Source: Antedon mediterranea
Taxonomy: Eukaryota; Animalia; Echinodermata
Direction: 5' to 3'
Assembly (NCBI RefSeq): GCF_964355755.1
Contig: NC_092671.1
Location: 16,368,001-16,432,000 of the forward strand
Length of the DNA stretch: 64,000 nucleotides
Shown: positions 12,180 to 24,834 of the stretch, piece by piece
How the letters are laid out: each line of letters starts with the position of its first letter
How positions within the stretch are numbered: position 1 is the first letter of the stretch
Notes under the pieces: generated by a model
What the model was told of the DNA's origin: nothing
Database searches by the model: none
What the model saw: the letters and a program-made list of their open reading frames with translations, nothing else
Translations under genes and position numbers: made by a program

Positions 12180-13683
12180 CATAATGTACCGATACACATT
12201 AAATTCACATACACATTATGCTTTGAAGACGTACATTTTCGAGGCTGTTTTGCTAAAGTGTCGTAACAGTGTCATATGCATCTTTACATGATCCACATGA
12301 CACTGTGTCATAAACTTTTGATTATGATACTGCATCAATTATCAAATTATAGTACTGAGAACATCTAATTCCATGACTTCTACTATTCATAATACTATTT
12401 CTACTGTACCAAGGCTACAATAACTAGGCCTACTAACTTCGTTAATTAACGGAAATGAAACATGGGTAGTCTTCATGAACATTATTCCATATACCTTGCA
12501 TCATCGTTAATTTCAAATTGATATTATTGAACCTCTTGTTAAATGAAGAAGAATACGGTAATAAGGTCAGTGGTAACCAATTACACAAGAAAATAATCTG
12601 CTTTGAACTAATTTGGTATGAAAATTCATTTTCATCAATGTGTATATTAGCTTGTGTATAGTATTACACACTAAGCAACATATCGAGGAAGTGGATAACC
12701 GTACGTCTATACTGCAAGGTTAGATGTAAATGGAAGATAATTATTGTAATTCAATAAGATATCTAATAATGTTTTCGATCAAATACTTCTATTAGTTGGG
12801 AGTTTGCGCGCGGTATATACACCTGATTTAATTAGTGTATATTATTTTAATAAAACAACAATATACATAGAAAGATTGTTCTACTCATTCACGACTATTA
12901 TACTGATTAAGACCAAGCACTGTACCAATGTATTACTGATGAAGAAGAAGCCTTTAAAGTAGATTTTAAAAGCTTTTAAAAAAATAATGTAATGATCTAC
13001 GTATCCACTATAACAATCCATTCAATTGAACATATCGTATTATAAAAACTTTTAATCAGCCAGCTAATTATTTACTGGTGTTTGTTCCCTGTTGACAGAC
13101 TACTTCGATTTAAATTGATCAATAGTATTCCAAGACTTAAGGAATATAGGCCCTATATATTATTATCTACAATATAATACATTACATACCGATAAATCCA
13201 ATTGCATACAGCTTACTAGATGTAACAGAAATGCCATGATAGAAAACAATATTTTGATATTAATAATACGAAAACAAAATAATATTTAGTTTCGAGCAAA
13301 AGTTTATTTTCTTTCTTTGTCCAAAAATAACAAATATCTCACGTTAATACATTTTCAAAATTATAAATATACATGGTACCGTATTCTCTATCATAACGTA
13401 ATAATTATGTTATTACTCCATGATTCTACCAAATTATAATAACAATTAAAAATCGTCAATTTTGTGTTGACGTGTTCGATTCACAATTTTAGATTGTATG
13501 ATCGGCGTTATATAAACAGAGACTATTTACCGCCAAAATTGCAATGACAAACATCCGACTGGCGTTCTGGTTTAACGTCAGTGCGTCGACGACGTGGTGT
13601 ACACGGAGTGGCATCTCGAATCTGCCCTCATCTTGGTACATTTGTTTGTAACTGGAGCATCAAGTTATTATTTTATTGTGTTA

Positions 13684-13863
13684 AAGGTCTTTCACACCTG
13701 TTCCGGTACGGCGCCGGAAAATCCAATCGAACGTCGATGTTTCGTTTTCACGCGGCTACGCGCATATCGATTGGCTCATAGCCGCGTGGAGCGTCATGAA
13801 AAAGAAACATTGATGTTCGATTCGCCGGACCGGAAGCGTGCCGGAACAGGTGTGAAAGACCCT
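13684..13863. mobile_element. Harbinger-like MITE family C copy
   Basis: Same TIRs and internal sequence as 7527-7707. Confidence 0.8.
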
Positions 13864-15577
13864 TTACTTCTGAATTAATTTCCATATAGAAGCTAAAAAA
13901 ATAAACTTAGGCCTATTTCCAAAAAAGCAGTAAAGGGAAATATAAATGGGCGCGGCGCTGCAACAGTGGTAATAATAAGGGCCTACTTAAGAATACCAAA
14001 CATTTTAATGACATTATTGTTTGTCTAATTCTGTTATGAAACAATGAATTACGGAATGACGCCGATGATTTTTAAATATCTAGAACAGACCAGTATTCAA
14101 ACTTCTTGATTTGAGAGGTCAATAAAATGTGTCTGTGACGTAATATCGTGCGTGTGTCGTGATCTGAAATAAAACAAAAATTATTATGGTAATGTCGAAT
14201 CATTAATCAAACTGAACTTTTGATCCAAATTATCTGTAAAAGAACAAATTAATCATTCATCTGAGTCAATATATAAAAATGTCAAAATTAAATGAATGAG
14301 GGAAAAAAAATTAAAATTCATAGCTTGTCAATCATGATAAAAATGAAATAAAAATATTAATTACACAGCGTATTAAATTATTATTTAAAATTGAAAGTAG
14401 AATTATTAGAATACAACAATGGAGATTATTATTTTTGTGACGTACGTGAGCACCAAGCTAAAATGCATAAAAGGCAGTCGCTTGTTCAGCCCCCGTCAGG
14501 AATGTTAGAGTAGGTCTTTGTTATTATTATTTATTTCTATTATAAATACTTAAAGATTATTTTCTGAAATGCCAAAGGGGGATAAACAATTAAGACCTTT
14601 TTGGCGTGTCATATTTTAATTTTGGTAAAATGTATAAATTAATATTAGGCCTATAACAACAGCGGCACAAACAAATCGCAAACATACATACATATCGAAA
14701 AAATACAAGAAAAAATTAAATCATTATAGCAAATACTTCATAATTCATGCCTTTTTTATATATCTTTTACTAAACTTATTAAATACATCATAAAGAGGAT
14801 TAGGCTAAACTTTGGGTCATTAATAAATTAGTCAGAGTTACCAAAAGTTAACATTAATTTTACACCAGAAATCAAAAGATATCAATGATTAAACTACTCG
14901 TGTTAGATCATGGCACTTTCAAGATTAAACAACGTTTTGACTCGCTGATAATACATTTAGGCATAGTAGGCCTATATAAAAAAGAAATGGATTATGAGAA
15001 TGAAAGGTGAAATAATTGGACTTTAGAGTATTTTACAAATGCGATTGATTGGAGTCAGTGTCCTACAATAAATACAATATTACTTTAATTAGTATTACAT
15101 AATTTCTAAATTTTATCAATTTCGTGAATAAAAAAATGCAATCTAAAATATATATACTTTATATACATATCAATCATATCCTGCTAGTTTGTTAACTTGA
15201 AATAATGGTAATGTTGACGTGGTATTAAAACAATTGCGACATAAAGCGTTTTTAATACGTACAATAAACCAGAATCACTGTGTCATAAAAGTGTCACATC
15301 CGATATAAACATCTATAAAAATGACTGTATTTAGCTCTCAGCAGTACTACATTCAAATTCAAACGAGTATATAATATGACGACCGAAAAAAGAAAGCTTC
15401 TTGAATCCAATCATTTTACATCGATTGTAATTGTTATAGGTTTTGTTCAGTTGTCTTGGATTGTTGTCAAATTATTATCCTATAATCACAACTAATATTA
15501 TAGACACCTTAATACTAGTAGAACAATTGCCGTCATCAAGTAAAATTACACCCATCACAATCATATTATTGGATCTA

Positions 15578-15812
15578 AGGCCGTGTTTCCGCAGCCAAAA
15601 AAACATTATCGGTTAATTTTTTAACCAATAAAGTGCGCATGGTTAGTCATTACCAAACAACCAGATGCCCAATCACAACGCAACAATTTGTCCTTCAGGT
15701 CAAAGGTTAAAAATTATCACATTTTATCCGATAATTATCCGGTTAAACCCCGTTTCCACAGGCAGTTTATCGGTTAATTATCGGTTAAGTTTTAGCTGCG
15801 GACATACGGCCT
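15578..15812. mobile_element. MITE (TIR AGGCCGT(G/A)T(T/G)TCCGCAGC), Harbinger-like
   Basis: Inverted termini and internal TTATCGGTTAA repeats. Confidence 0.65.
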
Positions 15813-16959
15813 ATACATAAACCGTTATCGTACAACCATGACTATTGGACTAGGTTTTGTTGAGTCAAGAAAAGAGAAAGCCATTCTTATCTACCGACAG
15901 AATAGGCATTTCATTTCTAAAACTGCATACGGCTTACTCTACAATCCACACCGTCTGTTGTTCGGTGACGAATCATTCTTCATTACGCTACCAAATCTAC
16001 GCGAATCTACTTTTACTATGGTGTTAATATAATATAACATAAGTCGTTTCATTAATGTATTATTATATAGTATTCTAACAGTCAAAGGGAAGCTCTAAAT
16101 TACCAGGCGACAATACTGCACGGAAAGATAATACAAGTGCGCATTGTAAAAATTATGATCAGATCTAATTTGTTTGTGGAATAAGAAAACTGAAATATTC
16201 AACATTTATTCTAGTAATTAATTGTAAATCACAGATTCTTTACTAGGCAAACTTAATAATACCGTCTAATCACTGCAGCATCTTATTCCAGTTAAGAAGA
16301 TAAGTACGCATAATAAATTTAATAGTATATTTCAAATTTGCTTTCAACGTGACGACGATATAACAAAACGATGCAATAGCCAATGTCATCATGTAAAAAT
16401 TATAATATATTTTTTATTTTTTTAGAAAACAGGTCTGATAATTAGTGTTTCCTTAAGATGCTATTATGAATCTGGACCACGATGGTACCATTATCTACTT
16501 GCCTGATTGTTATTATTTTCAAACACTTAGTATCCTAGTTATCGTTAGCAATTTCTCTTTAAATCGAAATCCCGGTTCAAAAGCCTCTACTTAATGAAAG
16601 TTCTACAGACTAGTACGTCTTTGTTAAATACATCCACCTACCTCACTAAAGAGCAGTTTTGACTGGTTTAATTTTGATTCATAACGTGCGCTATCAGGGC
16701 TATAAACAGATTAATCATAATTCTGTGGATGGCTAATGTCTATTGATTCATAATCCTTCTTAATTCGTTCGCAACTTCCATAACTCATTGATAGAATAGG
16801 ACATTTGATCTACGAATCTAGGCGGTAAGCTTTCATGTTCTATAGAAATATAATCATGAAATACTCATCTGAAGCCTATGATGATGTAATAGCAATTATA
16901 TGCAGGCCTATATAAGGAGTGTTTTTAAATAGTAAAATACCAAGAAAACGACTAACATT

Positions 16960-17480
16960 AGTAATGTTTGAATGATGAATAAACGATGATGGTGATGATG
17001 ATGATAAAAAATGATGATATTGTTGTTGATGCTGATGAAGAAGAGGATGAAAAATGACGATGTTGTTGTTGATGATGATGATGAAGAAGAAAAATAGGAC
17101 AAAAAATGATGATGTTGTTGATGATGAAAGAAGAAGATGATGATGATGATGAAGAAGAAGATGAGGATAAAAATTGATGACGTTGATTATGATGATGTTA
17201 AAGATGATGATGAAAAATGTTGATAATGAAGAAGAGAATGAAAAATGATGATGATGAAGAGGAAGAAAAATGATGATGTTAATGATAAGGATGATGATGA
17301 AGAGGACGAAAAATGATGTTGTTGATGATGACGATGGCTATAGGTAAGGAGGATGATAATGAATAGGATAATTACGACAGGGATGATGAAAAAATTGTTT
17401 TTTTAAAATATGTTGATGATGATGATAATGATGGTGACAAGAGTTGATATCGATATACTTAAATAAACATATGATGGCGA
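16960..17480. repeat. Degenerate (GAT/GAA)n low-complexity tract
   Basis: GAT, GAA and GTT runs with frequent frame-breaking insertions. Confidence 0.85.
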
Positions 17481-17719
17481 TAACGGTCAATGATGACGTG
17501 TTAAACTGTTTTAAAATTATATTATTACACATACATTACGTTCAATTGCTTTTACTCTAAAGAAAATTAAAAAGCATTCAGAAATGTCACCTAAATTGAA
17601 TACTTGAAGTTGTTTACGTCTGCTTCAAAGGGATGATGATGTTTGATGTAAACACTTTTTAGTTTTTCTATTTAACTGATTTATATTAGATATATACTCG
17701 ACTTTTTTTTATGGACAAT

Positions 17720-18244
17720 TGTTATGTAAACCGCCACTTACCGGTGATATGTTGTGTGTAAACCGCCACTTACCGGTGATATGTTGTGTGTAAACCGCCA
17801 CTTACCGGTGATATGTTGTGTGTAAACCGCCACTTACCGGTGATATGTTGTGTGTAAACCGCCACTTACCGGTGATATGTTGTATGTAAACCGCCACTTA
17901 CCGGTGATATGTTGTGTGTAAACCGCCACTTACCGGTGATATGTTGTGTGTAAACCGCCACTTACCGGTGATATGTTGTGTGTAAACCGCCACTTACCGG
18001 TGATATGTTGTGTGTAAACCGCCACTTACCGGTGATATGTTGTGTGTAAACCGCCACTTACCGGTGATATGTTGTGTGTAAACCGCCACTTACCGGTGAT
18101 ATGTTGTGTGTAAACCGCCACTTACCGGTGATATGTTGTGTGTAAACCGCCACTTACCGGTGATATGTTGTGTGTAAACCGCCACTTACCGGTGATATGT
18201 TGTGTGTAAACCGCCACTTACCGGCGATATGTTGTGTGTAAACC
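17720..18244. repeat. 32-bp minisatellite, ~16 copies
   Basis: Unit AAACCGCCACTTACCGGTGATATGTTGTGTGT, near-identical, head to tail with no spacers. Confidence 0.97.
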
Positions 18245-18689
18245 TAATCTAAAATGTTCTTCTTTTGTTGTCTTTGTGCAACGACATAAATTTACAAAAC
18301 AGTTCGAAGTAAACAAGATTCATATGACATTATTATTTTTAGTATTTTTATTCATTAGCATTATCAAGAATTGCCAAAAGCGAAATTAATCCGTTGTCTA
18401 TGTCTGCAGCAATGATCATACTATTTTTCAAAAACCACAATACAGTGCGTTTTCCCTTTTATTTATTTTATACTTTGTAGATTCGGAGAACTGGCAAAAT
18501 GTAATTATTCATTCATATTTAATAACATTATATTGATTAGATTATGATAAAATGTCAACATTTTTAGTTAAAGGTATTTACAAATCCTGACCATTATGAA
18601 TAATATATAAACGTATTTATATATTAATCCAAAGGCAAATTACTGAAAATATGACAATGCTGTGGGTATCAGTGGCTGGATCTCAATGG

Positions 18690-18960
18690 AGATACAAAAA
18701 AAAGCTAAAAGCTAAATCAAAACGATAAAGAAAAACAGCCAGAAAAGTTCGCAGAGCTTTCCAGCAACACTAGCCCTTCATCAGTGCAAGTGAAGGAATT
18801 TGGATAACGTCATAGTATAAGAACTGGCAAGTGCTGCCTGGGTGGACAGGAATAAAAGAAATACAACAAAGGGTGACAGGGTGGAGTCTGAATAAGAGTA
18901 GAAAACAAAGAAGGTAGCTTGGTAGAGATATAAACAATTTGGGAATTTAACTAAAAAACA
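18690..18960 (-). mobile_element. Penelope-like element terminal remnant with a minimal hammerhead-like motif (18749-18789)
   Basis: Minus strand TTGCA-CTGATGA-AGGGCTAGTGTTGCTG-GAAA-GC-TC-TGCGA. A related degenerate copy lies at ~39965-40057. Confidence 0.55.
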
Positions 18961-20318
18961 GCTTAAATTTATGTATTATTATATATTTAATATTTTTGAA
19001 GAACAGAAATGTATTAATATAAATTATGTAAATCATTAGAGGTGTTGATCGATTCGTAGTGGGTTAACTATGCTTAAAAACTAACCTACTGATTGTCTCA
19101 ATCAATACTGTACACAGCTGCTGTATTCAAAATTAAAACTATAGATCTAAAAAAGAACCACGTGCAACTAAACTAAATATATTTATCTGTTCAAGAAAGT
19201 TTCATCAGCGTTTCCAAACAACTAACATTGTTAATTTGCATGGTGCATATATGAAGGCCGATCAATAAACTAAGATTGTTTATTTATTGTTGATAAATTA
19301 ATTTTAAAAACACCTTATTGAATTAAGGGTAATATTATTTGAAGAATATAGGCCATTTTATCATAATTACTGTATGTTACCGTATTGTTCGTAAATGGAA
19401 TTTGTTTCCTAATTATTTGGCATAACTGCTTTTTTGGGTATATACATTATCTGAACAATTCAGTACAGTATCCAAGTTCTATAGAAAACAATACCGTGGA
19501 TATACCATTTATCTACATAATAACTGATATTAAGAAGAGTGTGATACTTTGCAATGTACAATATAAGGAATTCTCCAGAAAACTATGCAATGTACAATAT
19601 AAGGAATTCTCCAGAAAACTATACATTAAATAAACAAATTATCAGTCCTAAAGCCTGTATTCAGATCTAGTAGATCAGATCAAATAGTTATAACTAAATA
19701 AGTCGCCAAGATTGCAGCAAACTGAAAATATATAATGGATAATAGGATGTCTCTGAGAAGGCCAGTCATTATAATGAACCATTACATAGTAATATAGGCG
19801 TTATTGAAAAATCTATAGACAATTCTGTACATCAGTAATCCAAGGTTTAGTAACAAAACAATCGAAAAATATCGTTTAAGAAAAATGAACCTCATGCGTA
19901 CAATATCTATCGGTATGAATGAAGAAAGAATAAATACACGCCTACTCTAAAAGAGAAAACAAAATGATTATACAATGTTCGTTGACTTCAAATCTTGTTA
20001 AAAAAAAACCTAAAGATACAAAGTATAAATATACACTATAAATAAATGCACGTCAAACAAATATCTGGTCAATTAATCCTTTTCTGACGATTGTTTGTTT
20101 GCATCAAAGCGATTATATCGAACTACTTTGACGACATATCACCTGGGTCGTATTGTAGCATAATTGTGTTTGTCCAATATGATAAATGTATGATATTGCC
20201 TAAGTTGCTGTTGATAAATCATTCATTTTTTTCTAACTTGCATCTGAGTAAATCATTCAGCAGCCTAAACAAGTTAAATGTACTACCATTTTCTACTATA
20301 TTATAGGCGCGGAATCCT

Positions 20319-23300
20319 TTAAAGCTGACTTTGACTTCCATGGTAGCGTCTTCTGAATAAAACGGTTAGCAGCGCACAACAACTATACAATTCTTTTTAC
20401 AACAAATACTTTTAAAGAGTTTCTACGACAGAATTGCTTCAAAGACGAAAACAAGTATTGGAATATTAATGTAAATGGTTAGCTGTATATTCATAATATA
20501 ATATCTTCGCCGTTTTTAGTAAGTCAGTCAACATTACTCTTTAAAACGTCATATTCACATTGAAACTAAAGAACTTAAAGATTATGTTTTCGGGTAGCAT
20601 TTTCCTTCACAGAACTATGAAACTCGAGAAAAGAGAAACATAGCCAACAGCAGTGAGCGATATCTATCAACAGGAAATGTATATGTCTATATAGGACGTC
20701 AAATGTCGTAGTACGACATTGTACGCGCGCTTCCTTCATGTTCAAATATTAGCCTCGTCACGTTTGCATTAATTTTTGGCAATAATCATTTAACATTAAA
20801 ATTGTGTTTAGGGAATCAACACTTAACACTAGGTAATAGCACTTATATAGTGCCTAGATAAGTGAGTGAATAAATACGACCAAAAAAGGTTGGGAATCAA
20901 CGTCTAAAATAGTTCTTATATTCATAATAATATAAAACCACTACAATGACAAACTCTTGTCCGTTATTAATATGACAGTATACCGATATCCAATCAAATA
21001 TAACGTTGCTGAACAACCAAACACGGTTAATAATCCCCCTCTAATCAAATTAGAGGGGGATTTTTTTAATTTTAATAATTAGCTCTTTGTCTACTCTATA
21101 CGTTTACTAGGCTGATTTCTGAATGTACGTAAGCTTCAAATTCAACAGTTTTACTAAAATAATAAAAAGATCGTTAGTAGTACCTTATAATACACTTTAG
21201 TCTCTTTAGAAATGGCCCATCACATACACCAGGTGTGTCTATAAAATCAGTGTTATCTTTATTGAAGAGAGTGCTAAGTGTCGTAGATATGTTTAATAAG
21301 TCTTCTTTAATATCAGCCATGTCTTTATTGGATTCTGTAAAGAGATGAGTATACATTGTAATAACAGTATATTGACATACGTCATCATGCACATTTTTAT
21401 ACTTTGATTTTCCAACTTTTATTTACGCGATTTCATTGATAAAAATTGTCTTCCCGTACTATGATTAACAATGCTACACACAAACTTACATTTATTGTCA
21501 ATACTATCCAATCTTTTACATGTTTTAATGTTTTAGCACATTCAACGTTTAAAGTATACGTTAAATGTGTTAAAACATGAAAAATGTAAAAGATTGTTTT
21601 TATTTCTGACTGGGTTTATATTCTATTGGACATTGTGTCTCAATTGTAATTGTGTATGTTCTCGGCTCCAGGGAAAAAACAATCATGAGTTTATCTGGAT
21701 TTTCGTGGATAAATTGAATTTTAAAAAATGAAGTACAGTGGCATCTTTAGCTCAAATGACAACTGAAGTAAATTGCCCTAGGTTCAATTCCCTATAGTTG
21801 CAACCATAGTAATGTAAAAACTGGAATCTATGACCTTTCGCGCGCATATCGTGAATGTTATAGAATTTGTAGCAGGTGTATAAAATTGCGTTATATATGA
21901 CGTCATTAAAAATCAGAACAAGACACAATTATAAGGCAATTAAGCCGAGTCGTACAGCCCATTGGGACTATTCAACCTGGTTCTTTATTGAGTCTTTGAT
22001 AGATAAAAAGATGTGATCACTACTCATCTTGACAAGGTATTTAGAGTACAACGTTCTGACGCCGTATTCACATAAATTGTCGGTGACAGAGAGAAAACGA
22101 TGATACATAAATCGACGCGCGCGTACAAATGATGATAATAATACATCACACACTAGCGTAAACGTTTGTGTCACTATTATTTATTTATTACTCAAGTATA
22201 TATCTTTGTAAAATTAAAGCCAGTAAATTCCACAAAGCTCAAGAAGAAAGTTTAACTGATTTGATTTGTAGAATAATGATTGTTTTTCTCGGATTTGAGT
22301 ATAAATTAAAACTAAATCATTCACAAACACAGCTTATGAAAATTTGTTTAAATCCTATTAAGTTATACACATCATAATTAACTAATTATCATTATTGGTA
22401 AAGTAGCTTGTTCTTCTCAAACACCCGCCTTTGTTGCGTATAACCTTTTACCGTGATTTTCATTTACAGCCCTGTACTAATACGTAAATACATTTGATTA
22501 TCGGTGGTTAAAATGTCAATAAACTACAGCAAAACGAGAAATAATAAATAGTTAGTAGGGGGATTATTTACGTTTGGTAAGGCCTGTATACGCAAGTTTA
22601 GTACCTTACGGTGATGTATGTAAAGCTCTGTCTACACTATCAAATTAGTTTGACAAATAAAGTGTGATGTGCCCAAATACCTCCCACACACAACCATCAG
22701 CTCCAGTTCACCCTCCCCAAAGTCAGGACACAACGCACAAAAAACTTCATTAATTTCCAAGGAGTTTTCAATGATTGGTGAATAATCAGGAACTGAGTTA
22801 TGATTAGCAAATTGTGAACCCATTTTGGTTTGTTGTACACTATGTTTTTTTTTCTTTGATAAATTTTTTTAAATATTTATGTCAACTTCATCACTGTTTA
22901 CTTGATGCAATAACAGGAAATAAATAAAATAAATAATAAAATAAATAATAAAATATATGGTAGTAATATGGCCAATTATGGTAGTGATATTACATCATCA
23001 TGTCCATATATGGGCACATCACATTTTTTTGTCACATATAGTTTGATAGTGTAGACTTAAGGCCAATTGTGGTGGAAACTCATCTTTATGTCCAGCTTGG
23101 TACATTTGGTCCGCCTTGTGGTTCAAGGAAAGCTCTTGAGTTTGGGATAAACACCGTAAGAAAAACCTACTGACAACACGTCCTGCCAACGCATCAGTAT
23201 ATGGAAAACAGCCTCAAGTATGGTAACGGATGCTTGAGGAGGAGGGCTAAATTCCGTTAAGCTCTGTCTACACTATCAAACTTTATGCGACAAAAAATGT

Positions 23301-23637
23301 GATGTGCCCATATATGGACATGGTGATGCCATATCACTACTATTTAAGCATATCACACTTTTTTTTCAAACTAGTTTGATAGTGAAGACAGAGCTTTAGT
23401 AAGTATTTACATTTGAAGTAAAACAAATTGTATACAAACAAGAAAATATGTTTATTAAAATAATTAGTATTTGATTTACATACCTGATAATGATGTGTAC
23501 GTTCGTTTTCCCCATCTACTGTGTTTTGGAGGGTGATTGAGGCGGCGTACTGCTTCGATCGGCGTTACAGTGGATAGAATTAAAACATACACAAGAGTCA
23601 TACATAATATCGACGTCACCGGACTGTTGTTAACCAT
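20319..23637 (-). CDS. Luqin-type (RWamide) neuropeptide precursor 2 (divergent paralogue), 3 coding exons, 112 aa
   Basis: Exons 23637-23484 (donor g|gtatgt, phase 1), 21334-21184 (acceptor ttacag|, donor ag|gtacta, phase 2) and 20352-20319 (branch gctaac, acceptor ttattcag|, TAA). Translation: MVNNSPVTSILCMTLVYVLILSTVTPIEA-VRRLNHPPKHSRW-GKR-TYTSLSESNKDMADIKEDLLNISTTLSTLFNKDNTDFIDTPGVCDGPFLKRLKCIIRRRYHGSQSQL. Architecture and intron phases match precursor 1, but the Cys pair is spaced by 9. Confidence 0.82.
23260..23395. mobile_element. Harbinger-like MITE family A copy (luqin-2 intron)
   Basis: TTA|AGCTCTGTCTACAC...GTGAAGACAGAGCT|TTA. Confidence 0.8.
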
Positions 23638-24834
23638 CTTAAAACTGTAATCGAAACAGAGTGAACTTACTGAGAGATGTGTGTTTACTGAACAAGTTGA
23701 ACGTTTTGTGAAGCCTTCAAACAATAATTACGGATAACGTCACTAACATGTACAACTGAAACGCAACTCGATATTGGCATAGAAACAAAACATAGACATA
23801 AGCTATGATTATTATTTTCTAATTTTTACAATAAATTGTTATATTTATATGCAAATGAGAGCTACCAACAAAATAAGCGGATTAAAGTATTATATTTAGT
23901 TAATAATAATGTTTAAAGTATCGTAAGCCAAAACTGCCTTAGATGTTCGACCTATTTGTTGTTAAGTTATAACCAATCAAAAGAAAGAACGAACGCTATT
24001 TTTCATTTGTTAAAAATGAACCCAAAGACAAAATGTATACGGTATGCTGTTTGTATCTTTGGTGTAGTTTTCCAAATTTGAGTGTACTGTAAATGGTGAG
24101 TATTTAGTGTGGTCGCACTCTCCTACACCTCAATAGAAATGCTTAGCCTCAGTATCAACTTCTATGAAGTAAAACGTCATGCCAAGATATCGCAATATTA
24201 TTTTTAAAAATGGCAAAAGCAATTAGTATGTTCATTTTGAATGTTATAATATATCGAGCCTAAGTTATCAACGAAACATTCTCGGGGGATTCGAACCCGC
24301 AAAGGGCGAGTATCATAATAATCGTTACCACAATATCACCATACATATACAATATAATTTTTCTAATTACTGAAACGTTATAGCTTACTTTCTATACATT
24401 GCATCTATTCTATTATGACATTGATATTCAATTAGATATCAGTATGGCCCAGGTTCAAATTTTCTGAATTAATCAAACAATTTTTCTTGGAATTTAACCA
24501 AAATATACATTATAGGCCTATACACGATTCCAACGTGAAATAATAAAACAAGAAATAACATTATTTACTGTAATTTAGGTTGATACCTTTAGATTTAAAA
24601 CAAGAACAAAACGATGCTCATTATACGACTCTAATTTAATATGTCTCACAATGCATGGTAGGCCCTTTAAAATGACGAATTTAAAGTACTTCAAAAAGTA
24701 TTCAGGAATCTTCACACAGCTAGGTCTTGAGTAAATAGAAAAATAAATATATTCATAAACTCTAGCTAGATTTTCATAATACATTTTGATAGGTGAAAAC
24801 AATACAACGGTAAATAAATATGTGATTATCTTAC

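Larger units (their letters stand above)
6240..13641 (-). pseudogene. Probable decayed type-I membrane C-type-lectin/mucin-like gene
   Basis: Exon-like pieces: 13641-13480 (TNKC..DSRCHSVY..; CNFGGK, then VSVYITPIIQSKIV after a frameshift), ~12700-12445 (NWLP..QGIWNNVHEDYPCFIS), 8421-8208 (KMTTA mucin repeats) and ~6340-6240 (VSLAFNLVFFILSIRAYLSRHKK, TM plus basic stop-transfer). Stops and frameshifts are present. Confidence 0.3.

Noticed and set aside
16908-17532. Asp/Glu-rich or His/Ser-rich ORFs
   Set aside because: Degenerate GAT microsatellite with many frame breaks and no splice context.
17720-18244. CRISPR-like 32-bp repeat array
   Set aside because: Units are directly adjacent with no unique spacers, there are no cas genes, and the context is eukaryotic.
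24283-24302. tRNA-like B box (GGGGGATTCGAACCCGC)
   Set aside because: Only an isolated T-arm-like fragment with no cloverleaf, probably a SINE remnant.
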